64,000 bases of DNA from Octopus sinensis. Lineage: Eukaryota. The DNA is taken from contig NC_043003.1 in the NCBI RefSeq assembly GCF_006345805.1, positions 75,082,001 to 75,146,000 on the forward strand, given 5' to 3'. Below are positions 53,489 to 64,000 of the stretch, piece after piece. A model generated the notes under the pieces. It ran no database searches. It saw nothing but the letters and a program-made list of their open reading frames with translations, and was not told the origin of the DNA. Numbering within the stretch: position 1 is the stretch's first letter; every line of letters begins with the position of its first letter. Position numbers and translations under genes: made by a program.

Positions 53489-54419
53489 GTATATGTGTGT
53501 GCGTGTGTGTATGTGTATATATATAAAGTTGAGACAATAATATTTCCAGTTCATCTATTTTAATTCAGGGTTACTTATCTAATTACTCGATCGACAGAAA
53601 TATCGTTTTCACATTAATAGCTTTCCACCAAATTTTTTGTCTCTCTCTGTCTAACATTTTTACTGTTTATATTCGAAATTATTCAGGCCATCACCGCCAT
53701 AGCCATTTATATGCAGATAAGAATCCTCAATGTCACAAAGTGTGTAATTTCTTGAATACAAAATAATATGTGTGAGTATGTCGTTTATCAGAAATTCGGG
53801 CAATTCTGTTATGAATGAAAATCTAAATTACAAATATTATCTCAACAGAGGAAATTAAACGATTTTAGCTTCTTTCATTTTTAGTTTTAAATTCTTATAG
53901 AGATACATAATCAATAATTTTATGAATTATATATAAATACAAACACAATCACCACTACAGATCCAAAAACGTAAATAACTATACTCATGAGCGCGTGTTC
54001 CTATGTATGCGTTCTTACATATATGCATATATATATATGGTATCACGTAATGTAATTTTATGTATATATACTCATACGGACACACATATATAATTATGAA
54101 TACGCACACTCATTTATGTATCCACGTACGTACGTATGTATTTATGTATATATGTATGCATATACGTATGTATGCTTGTATTTCTGTATGTATGATGTAT
54201 GCATGTATGTGTGTATGGAAGTATGCAAGTATGTACGTACTATCAACAACCTGACAAGAACGTTCTGAATATCTTGATAAACAGGCAAGTGATAACATGC
54301 GGCACCAAATCCTGATTCCATTCGCTGCTGGTAAATGCAAGTTAAACAAACGTAATGCATATATATTTTGCCGAAATATTTGCTGGCAGTTATTTCATAT
54401 TTCAACGTTAAATATTTTA

Positions 54420-54518
<99 letters not shown>

Positions 54519-54822
54519 ATATATATTGTATAGAGGGCATTATTACACATAAATGCCTCACACTAAGAGGGACATAAGTCATTACTACCAACATTTCACT
54601 AATCGTACCTAATGCAGTTTTCGAAACAAGACATTTAAAAAATGAATTTAGTTCTATATCACCTGTGATTTCACACTTAACGCATCAAATACGTCTATGA
54701 TCACCTGTAGAACTGATTCTGAACACATCATAAAGAAACGCTCTTTCCTGAGTCTGCTCTTGGTGAGTCATTTCCTTCGAAAAATGGTCCTATTTCATAT
54801 TGTATTGTAGCAGTTTCCTTTG

Positions 54823-55057
54823 CGTACAAGCATCACACTTCAAAAGTCCTATGGCGATAGAGGCGTGGCGGCGTATGCAGACTTGGCCGGTTGGAAACAT
54901 AGTTACAAATCTACACATAAGGCGGCAGAGTTCTTATCTTAACATTGCTAACATTTTTTGATGGACAGAAACTGTTTTCGGTGGAGATATTGTGTCTGCG
55001 CAGCTCTTTTAGGGAGAACACTGCTCACCTATATATATTGGGAAGGTGCGAGAAAAG
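54823..55057 (+). repeat. Dispersed direct repeat, copy 1
   Basis: Aligns end to end with 57865-58105, including 29 identical nt CACATAAGGCGGCAGAGTTCTTATCTTAA. Confidence 0.85.
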
Positions 55058-55060
55058 GTG

Positions 55061-55133
<73 letters not shown>

Positions 55134-55294
55134 TTGAGTAATTGAATAAATTACCTTATTAAAGATAATTCGAACGATAACCGATACCTGGGTAGCGAAT
55201 TCACATCAGAATGAACACGGTTGAAGCTACGTCCCTAGGGCATAGACTACGTGTCTTCGTACGGACATTTGTATGTTTATTTTCAAATTATAAG

Positions 55295-56950
55295 TATATG
55301 AAAGAATGGAGTTGAACGACTAGTTAACAAATATCCTTTATTCTCGACATATTCCGAAGGAATAAGGAGTACATTATGCAGATTTCTCGTCAGGAAAATC
55401 AAGGAACTTATGTCGACATCAAAATGCACAAAAAACTTTTAGCTGACCGCTCTCAAGGAGCCCATGGCGATAATGAGTGTCTCTTTATAATGAGTGACGT
55501 CAGAGTGGCTGAATGTAGAAGAATATAGAAGTTTCTAAAGGTTCAAGAGTTCAAACGAAGTAGGAGGAGGGAGGCATAAGAATAGTAAGGTGAGAGAGTG
55601 CAGGTCAAAAGAATGGTGGGTTTAAATGATTTCGTTTGTGAATGAGTGCCTGTGTGTGTGACTGTATATAACTGTCTTAATGTGTGTATGTGTGTGTCTG
55701 AATGCGTGATGTGTTTGTGGATGGGTAGATGTCAGAAAACAGACAGCTGTGAGTTGAAAGGTCTGTATCTGTGTGTTCGATTATGTTTACTGTAGGGAAA
55801 GGAATGTAGATAGCGAAAGGGAGAAAGAATCGGGCGAGGTGAGAGGCAACGCAAGAATAGATAGTAGTAATTGGGAATATAAGAAAATCTTTTTGACTAT
55901 TGGGGTGAAATATAGCAAAACTTTATTTTGGAAATCGAGGGGTTATCTATATTAGTCACTATTTATATGAATGAAAGGTGTGTCTTTTCCAGTGTAAAGA
56001 CCTGTAGGATATTTCGACGATTGTGTTTATTAAAGGGCCTTTGGCGAACAAAATATGAAAAAGTTCGGAATTACAGATGCCACAAAATGTTCTGCCTTTA
56101 TCAAACGGCAAGGACACCGACGAAATGGACCATTCGAGCTTGAACGTAGTGTTATTGTTCTTCAGACGCCAGACTAATTTGCTTAGACCCGTGCTGTGTT
56201 GCTTTCTCTTATCTCTGAAAGTGGAATAATGGTTGGAGATCCTTTGGACTAATTTAGAAGAGGTTGCGCCAATATAGAAGTAGACATCGGTTCCAGTAGA
56301 GATTTGCATTGGTAAGTGGTGTTTCTAATTTTGGAATTTTTGGATAAGAACTTTAATCTGTTGGGGTTGGTTTCCGATATTAAGACAGAGTTTTTATTGT
56401 TGTGATAGGTGTAAAAATTGTTGCTGGCTTTGGCCACGATACTATTCATCTTATTATCATTACTATTAGTTGTAATATCGTCGGCAAATTCCCTGGGTAT
56501 AGGAATGCAGCGATTGTTATCATCAATAATATAACTGTTATTAAGAATGCTGGTACTATTACCACTAACACCACCACTGTTAATAATCTGGCTAATGTTA
56601 TTATCATTATTACTATTGGTAACGCTAATGCTGATATGAATGTTGCTAATATCCATACTACTTCTATTATTATTATTATTGTATGTTACGTTGGAATGGG
56701 TAAGGGCGGTGTCGCTACTCATGGGTGGGGAGACCCAATTTAGCAGCTCATTATTGTGGGAAGCTATTATCTGCGAAACATTTTTAGTATTCGAGAATGC
56801 TATTCTTACTTTATACGAATTTATAGTGGAGTAGTATCTAGAATTCCTAGGAAGATTCTTAGTAACGGCTTCACGGAATTGCAAAGAGAGATTAGACCTG
56901 ATTTGTCTCCCGAAAGGAATCACAAACCAGATATAGTTTTTTTGTTCTTG
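55295..56950 (-). mobile_element. Penelope-like (Neptune-type) element: thumb/linker, GIY-YIG, 3' terminus with decayed family A hammerhead
   Basis: IPFGRQIRSNL...KVRIAFSNTKNVSQIIASHNNELL; VYFYIGATSSKLVQRISNHYSTFR...CGICNSEL; CUGACGA at about 55386-55392. Confidence 0.92.
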
Positions 56951-56976
56951 GAATGGCTGAGAGTGTTGACATTTAC

Positions 56977-57019
<43 letters not shown>

Positions 57020-57169
57020 CGTTTTTTAGACATTTTATATATATTTTTATGTATTCATATATCTTTTATATATTTATATACATTTATGTCTTTTATTTCA
57101 TTTCATTTATAGTTTTAATTGTGAATTTATTTATTTATCTATATATTTATTTCAGTTCTATATTTAACA

Positions 57170-57345
57170 GATGAGGAATTATGTACATTATTTAGATTTG
57201 ACTGATACTTGTCTTCATTTTGTCTGTCGTTAACACAACGCTTCGGCTGATATACCCTCCAACTTTCATCAGGTGTCTGACGAAGGCTGGAGTGTATATC
57301 AGCCGAAAGATTAGGACAAATATCCGTCAAAATGTAAATAATGTA
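57170..57345. mobile_element. Head-to-head inverted pair of family C hammerhead termini
   Basis: Minus copy 57232-57277 and plus copy 57277-57308 meet at TCATCAG-gtgt-CTGACGA. Confidence 0.8.
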
Positions 57346-57864
57346 AATATATCTATTTATATATTTTTATAGACAAAGAAATAATTTTAAATTGTAAAAA
57401 ATTCAAATTATATATATATATATACGTATTTTTATGTATACATATGTATATATTTTGTGGGTGGGGCAGATGAGATTCATTAGCCGTGATGAAGGCAACT
57501 CATCATGGAGGGAGACACTCTGACATAAAACCAGTTCATGGTAATGACAGATCCTTAACTGGCTGCACTGCCAACGCCATGACTTTTGTTGGGACAAAAT
57601 GGGCTGCGATTTTGAAACGAAGCCTTGATTAAGACAACCAGTTTAGGAGAATAATGTACTGAATTCTAATTGACTTATCACTGCATTATCATTTCGAGGA
57701 AAAGCCTAGATGATATAAAATCTGCAGTCAACTTAGGACTAGTTATCTTGCTTTGCTTGACGCTGGAATCTACTATTTTGACACAGAGCGTGGTAAAATT
57801 GTTGTACAAGCGTTTGCCATTGAAATTCAATGAGGTACCGATGTCCCCGACAAAGTACCATCAT

Positions 57865-58105
57865 CGTACAATCGTCACATTTCAAAAGTTCTATGGCGAT
57901 AGAAGCGTGTCGACGTAAGCAGATTTGACCTTTTAGAAACATAGAGTTACAAAACTGCACATAAGGCGGCAGAGTTCTTATCTTAATATCGCTAACAAGT
58001 TTTCATGGACCAGAGCTGTTTTCGGTGGAGAATCTTGTTGTGTCTGTGCAGCTCTTTTAGGGAGAATATTGCTCATCTGGATATACTGGGAAGGTGCGAG
58101 AAAAG
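57865..58105 (+). repeat. Dispersed direct repeat, copy 2
   Basis: Aligns with 54823-55057. Confidence 0.85.
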
Positions 58106-58133
58106 TTATACTAAAAATTGTCTGTCCCCACTA

Positions 58134-58173
<40 letters not shown>

Positions 58174-58279
58174 TCTGTGCTAGTTAATTTACTGCGGCTA
58201 ACAGCTGTTCGATTCAGCTGGAATGAACAAAGAAATTATATAAACATTGATAATAAATATGCAAGCAATAATGTTTCTC

Positions 58280-58700
58280 TTAACCTGACCTGTGGGATTG
58301 TCAGAACTCTTAGATCGAACAGATAGGCCTGAAAGAAGAACAGCTCTATAAACCAAAGAGCTAAGTCGTCTTAGTGTTGATATTGCTGCTCTTTCTGAAA
58401 CAAAATCCTCAATGGAAGAACATCTTGTCGAAAATTCGACAGGTTTCACTTTATTCTGGATTGGTAACCCGAAGGAAGAGAAAAGAGGTGGTGTTGGGTT
58501 TGCACTGAGAAGGGCTATGCTAAAACACTTAGAACAACCACAAAGCCTAAATACACGCACAGTGAAACTCCGGATCCTTCTTTCTTTTGGATGTTTTGCA
58601 ACTGTTCTTTCTAGTTATGCTCCGACAGTTTCAGCTAGTGAGGAACATACCCAAGCATTTTATGAGGAACTTAGGAGACGTAGTCTGTCAGTTCCTTTTA
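58280..58700 (+). pseudogene. RTE-clade LINE APE endonuclease relic
   Basis: RPERRTAL...ELSRLSVDIAALSETK...GFTLFWIG...GGVGFALR...TVLSSYAPT...FYEEL. Confidence 0.9.
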
Positions 58701-58905
58701 ATGAGAAGTTTTTAGAGAAAAACCTGTGTAAAACACCGTTTTTCACGGATTCTAACTTTACGTCGACAAAATGCTATGGTGCATGACCATCCTCGGCACA
58801 TAAATAATGTGTATAGAAAGTTTGATGAAAGTCGGTTGAAAACTTTAGAAATGCATACGTACTACATACAGAGACACACACACAACCATCCTTTATTTTA
58901 TAGAT
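58700..58905 (+). mobile_element. Possible non-autonomous Helitron-type tail truncating the RTE relic
   Basis: AAAGTTTGATGAAAGTCGGTTGAAAAC...CATACAGAGACAC...CCTTTATTTTATAGAT resembles DINE/Lep1-like tails. Resemblance only. Confidence 0.4.
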
Positions 58906-60184
58906 ATATATATATGTATTAACACAAGCGTATTTCTATACAGAAGACATACGTACATTCCATATAAAGGTACTAAGCTTTTCTATATATCACCGCCACC
59001 GACCAATTTATTTCCCTTCTGTCATACACAATGCATTATGTCGCTATACTATTCTGTTACTGTTTCTTGTGATTATGTATCATCAATTTATATTGCACTT
59101 CGTCTGGGATTATGCATTATCAATTTCACTGCACTTCTAATCTAAAGAAATATCAGTAATTTTTTATTTCGTCTGAGTTTAATTTTCCCCCATAGTACTG
59201 ACATGGAATGAGATTGATATATATACTATTCTACCTTGTGCGTGAACCCCTAGTGCTTGGTACCAACCTTCATTTTCCTCAGTCGATCTCTTTGCATTGA
59301 ACTGCATATTGTTCGTTCAATTTGGAACTCATTACTATGATCGCATAACATTAGATTTTTCTATTCTAACTTTATTCCCTCGTTAAATAAATGATTTTAA
59401 ATTAACTGTAATAGCTGTTTAAACAGTAACAGGCATAATCTAACATAACTAATACGACACGTCCAAAACTACGTTGTTACGCATATAACTTTATGCTTGT
59501 CACATGTCCGTTATTTTTGTGAAAAAATATAACAAAAATCTCCGAATCTCCAAATCAAAATTACAGTTTATTAAAATAATTTGGCTTTCCTGTATTACTT
59601 TAATGATTTCTCTTCTGGAATAATATTTATTACCGAGTCGTTTATAAGAGGATAATGTTAATATGTATGTTAATAATATCCAAAATAAAATAAAGATTAA
59701 AAGATTCTAAAATTAATAATTACTAAGTACTACAATGCATTTGCATTGTCATTGCATTTGATTTTCTGAATGTCGATTCGCTTTATCATATTTTAATTTC
59801 CAGTTATAGCATGTATTACATTCCCCCCAGACTTACCGTTCATTAAATTTAGCCATTCTCGCGTTAACGCAAAGGTGAGTGATTTTTCCTTTAAAATATT
59901 GATATTACACACGATAGGTGAGAAGTACTCGTCTCAATATGTTGTGTCAAATAAAGCCAGTAATTTATTGCCTTTACCTTCAATTTATAATTATAATTAT
60001 ATTATTAAAATATAATTGTTATATATGCACTGAGAAAAGGCAACATATTTTTCTGAAAATGTATCTCATTAATAACCGATGGCTTGCTAGTATTCATTCC
60101 ATACCTTTTCATATACGCACAGTTGCACACACACACTCACACACACGCTCGCATACACACACATGTACGCATACACACACACAT

Positions 60185-60334
60185 ATTGCGTTGTGGTAAG
60201 TAGTTTGTTTCCCAACCACACGGCTCCGGGTTCAGTCCCACTGCATGGTACCTTGGGCAAGTGTCTTCTATCGCCTCGGGCAAATAAAAGGCTCCTGAGA
60301 GGATTTGTAGACGGTAAGTGAAAGAAGACCGTCG

Positions 60335-60365
<31 letters not shown>

Positions 60366-60590
60366 GTGTGTGTGTGTCTGTGTGTGTGTGTTTCTGTTTC
60401 TATACTTGTCTCCCAACCATCGCTTGACTCCGATTTTGGTGTATTTGCGTCCCCGTAATGTAGCGGTTGAACAAAGCGACCGAATGAACAGGTACTAGGC
60501 TTACTGTAAGTACTGGGTTCGATTTGTTTGACTAAAGGCCCCTCTCCAGTTTGGCCGCACTCAAATGACTGAAACAAATACATGAATAAT
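60185..60590 (+). mobile_element. SINE family 1 copy
   Basis: GTGGTAAGTAGTTTG...GGGTTCAGTCCCACTG...CCTTGGGCAAGTGTCTTC, then microsatellite, then tail AAATGACTGAAACAA. Confidence 0.9.
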
Positions 60591-61183
60591 GAATGAATAA
60601 ATGAATACACACATGCACACATTATTCGTGTATCGATGGGTATTTATGGATGCGCATAATCGATTAATTACACAGCATAATTTTAATTAGTATTATTGTT
60701 ATATAGCTATTACCTTGAACCTATCGGAGTTTACGAATCCCTCTCATATCGGCGAACGATGTTTATCACTTCAAATCTCCTATTTTACATATTTTTCTGA
60801 CTTTAGTACTTATTCTGACTCTATTTTCGAACTGCTAATTTGCGGGGCCGTTAACTAAAAAACACCGGTTGTCAAATACTAGTAGGAGCGTGGCAAACAC
60901 ACTCATACATAAATAAATAATATAAGAGTAAAAGAATGATATAATTTCCTTCTTCATTTTGAATTTAACCATTAGCACTGTCATGGATAATATTCTCGTA
61001 ATTTTGGCAGTGGTCGATATTCTTTATAAGATTGTTATTGTTACTGGGGTTTTGTCAATTAAATGAAACCGATGTTATCTGTACATTGATTTAATATTGT
61101 ATTCTTGGGAATAATTATGGACATAATAATAATATAATAATCATAATAATATAATAATAATAATAATAATAATAATATAATAA

Positions 61184-61214
<31 letters not shown>

Positions 61215-61231
61215 AATATTAGTAGCAGTAG

Positions 61232-61622
61232 CGTGGAAGTGCGTGGGTTAGTGGTTAAGGTGTCAGCATCATGATCATAGGATTGTGGTTTCGATTCCTG
61301 GGGTGCATCATAACCAATGTGTTGAGAGGAATTCTTTGGGGTTTGAAAATTCACCTCTGTAAACATGAGTGTTTCGTTCAACAACCTAAAACAACCCTTA
61401 TTCGGGGACATTGTGAGCGGGATAGGCTACTGACCTGAAGAGCATTCTAACTGGACCCCAACGTCAAGGTCATGTACTGTTTATCTTGATATGAATCACT
61501 ATATCACGAACGTATTGCTGTGATGCATGTACCTGAGTTACCCTTATCAAACGGGTCGTCATGATGGGCTTCGTATATGTTAACCCCGTGTCACTTTCAT
61601 GACATGCACTGCTCTCTCATTC
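61232..61622 (+). mobile_element. tRNA-derived SINE family 4
   Basis: TGGGTTAGTGGTTAAGG...GGATTGTGGTTTCGATTCC head, shared in part with family 3. Ends in an (AAT/AAC)n tail. Confidence 0.6.
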
Positions 61623-61649
61623 AATAACAATAACAGCAACAACAATAAC

Positions 61650-61707
<58 letters not shown>

Positions 61708-61728
61708 GTAATAATAATAATAATAATA

Positions 61729-61768
<40 letters not shown>

Positions 61769-62229
61769 CGATAACAACAAAAACAACAACAAAAACAGCA
61801 ACAACAATAGTAATAATAATATTTTAAAAGGATTGACGTAACTTTTCACAAAGGTAAAGAGAGAAGACGAAGAGCGCGATGCAATTGCAATAGATATTTT
61901 ATTGGTTCAACATTATTTCCACTGCAAGCCTGTCTTTTTCGAGTTCAAAATACTAAAAGGGATAAACATTCAAAAGAGCAGACAGCATTCACACATCGGT
62001 GGAATTACAACATCGATCTTTAAGTTTCACTTTAACAACTGGCGACAGAAAGAGAGAGAAAAAGGGACAGAAAAAAGAAAAAGAAACAGAACATTTCATC
62101 AAACAGTTTTTGTAAAAATTTGATGGTAATTTCCTAACTTCGTATTCATTCCTCCAAGGCGTGATGTTAATAATCCGCAAACATATTTCTTTTAAGGAAG
62201 AAACGAACAGGAACAAAAAAAAACCCCAG

Positions 62230-62920
62230 AAGAATCATGGCAAGAAAAGAAAATGTATGCTCAGTTTGCAGGACATATGAACGGCAAGACAGATACAGAA
62301 GACAGGCGGCCGTGGTTCAGGAAGAGTGACCTGATGCCAGCTGAATTATAAGCGTTAACGACCAATTCTATGAAGTGCAGAGTAGACAACACTGACGATA
62401 TCAACGAACGAAGAATGTTTGGTGAATGGTATGAAACGTTTGGCATATCGTTCACGAATGCCTTAAATCGGCACAGCGCGAATACAAAAGATGCCATGAC
62501 AATATGGCAAGAGTGATCAGTTGGGATCTCTGTGCAAATCAGGGCCTACAAATAGTAATAACGTGGTATAGGAAAACCCCAGAAGGATGCAATGTTTCTC
62601 TGCGATCGCCCGGTCAGACATTGTTGTAGTGAATAAGAAAGGAAGAACATGTATGTTAATGGACATAGTATGCCCGATGACAAGGTGGATCAATCTGAAG
62701 GAAGAGGAAAAAATAAGCGATTATGCCGATTTGAAGTGGGAAATAAGAAGTGTGTCTTCTATAAACAGAGTAGACGTGAGGCCAATAGTAATTGGTGCAA
62801 TTGGAAATATCAGCATTCAACTACCAATATGGTAGAAAATATTCGGTGCAAGTGTGACGGTAGAGCACCTAAAATATCAGCATTATTTGGAACTGCAAGA
62901 ATTCTTCGCAGGGTTCATTA
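62230..62920 (+). pseudogene. RLE-type non-LTR retrotransposon (R4/Dong-like) 3' relic
   Basis: ARSDIVVVNKKGRTCMLMDIVCP...KEEEKISDYADLKWEI...PIVIGAIG and GTARILRRV fit a restriction-like endonuclease domain. Confidence 0.88.
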
Positions 62921-63020
62921 AGCATGACCAGTAATCAAATGTCACCTTAGTCTGCTGACTGTAACGGGCTGACCCTTTCCTGCTTACGCAGCAAAATCAG
63001 CTGTGAGTTTTCATATAATA

Positions 63021-63080
<60 letters not shown>

Positions 63081-63106
63081 TAATAATAATAATAATAATT
63101 AATAAC

Positions 63107-63138
<32 letters not shown>

Positions 63139-63139
63139 G

Positions 63140-63540
63140 ACTTTATAGTGCCGGTTCAATAAGCTCTGACCTTGAGCTCCCACGATAAAGCATTCTTTCT
63201 CTGTATTTAGCCCTAAGCTTCCTAGCCACTGATGGGTGTGCTTGTGGTCTTTATCAGTCTGTTTCTTAAGGGCCACATATTTGCTCTGCAGAGGTGGCTT
63301 TACCCCCACCTATCAGCCAATTGTTCAAACGCATTTTCTCCGGTATTGTTTTCTTTGCAACCATAGTTGCTGCAACTTCATTATGATGGGTGTGATACAT
63401 AAACTCCTCTGAAACTTTTTGCTCTAATCCATAAACAGAATGAAGCTTCTTACGGCTTTCGTTGTTTTCAACGAGCTTAACATCCAATCGTTAAATGTTT
63501 CAAGATATTTTGCCAGTTCAATTCTGATGGTTTTGAAAGA
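63140..63540 (-). pseudogene. RLE-type LINE fragment upstream of the Zn knuckle, inverted
   Basis: DKDHKHTHQWLGSLGLNTEKECFIVGAQGQSLLNRHY resembles the WL...EGFI.AAQDQ.L.TR.Y block. Confidence 0.75.
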
Positions 63541-63579
63541 GATTTCAGCATTATAAGATCAAAAGTGCTGACAAGTGAT

Positions 63580-63984
63580 ACAAGCACCACCCTAAGGCTG
63601 TAATTAGGGAGAAACTATAACGATCCTTTGGGACTTTTTAGTATGTACAGACATGACCATCAAAGTAAATAAATCAGACATGGTTGTGAAAGGTTAAAAT
63701 GATATAGTCGGTTTATTGATTGACATGAGCGTACTCTATGACAAAAATATTTTGCCAAAAGAATTTGATAAACTCAGAAAATATATCTATATATGCCACT
63801 CGAAATCGGAAAAACGTGGAATTTCAAGTCGATTACAATACCAATTGCCGGTGGATTTGGAATGATCAAAAAGGGGACTGAAAATTATTTAAGAATTATC
63901 CCTGGCTTAGCAACCATGAGGAAAGTGCAAAAGATTGTCTTTAGTGGTACGTTACAGGCACTAAGCAGAGCATTGTCGCTGTGA
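63580..63984 (+). pseudogene. RLE-type LINE 3' relic
   Basis: ILWDF...IKVNKSDMVV...IDMS...KEFDKLRKY...LEIGKTWNFKSITIPI...GGFGMIKKG...VQKIVFSGTLQALSRALSL*. Confidence 0.85.
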
Positions 63985-64000
63985 ATGTTCTTTTCTCTTT

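Overview
AT-rich, microsatellite-saturated metazoan DNA. The SINE and Penelope content suggests a cephalopod, probably Octopus (inference, not tested). I found no convincing host protein-coding exon; most listed ORFs are microsatellite translations or strand shadows. The window is a mosaic of decayed mobile elements: RTE, CR1, Tx1/L1 and R4/Dong-like LINE fragments, a Gypsy LTR relic, a mariner relic, several tRNA-derived SINE families and many Penelope-like element (PLE) pieces. Three things stand out. (1) A young 2.9-kb array at 42811-45715 of a 492-bp hairpin-rich non-coding unit runs head-to-tail, then folds back into the opposite orientation, all inside a (TA)n tract. (2) At least three sequence families of type I hammerhead ribozyme motifs lie in PLE-type termini, and some look structurally near-intact (6733-6815, 29144-29191). 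(3) An apparent chimera at 33420-33845 joins a tRNA-derived Pol III head, an (AAT)n tract and a hammerhead-bearing PLE-type tail, a candidate SINE mobilised by Penelope machinery. All motifs and alignments were read by eye.
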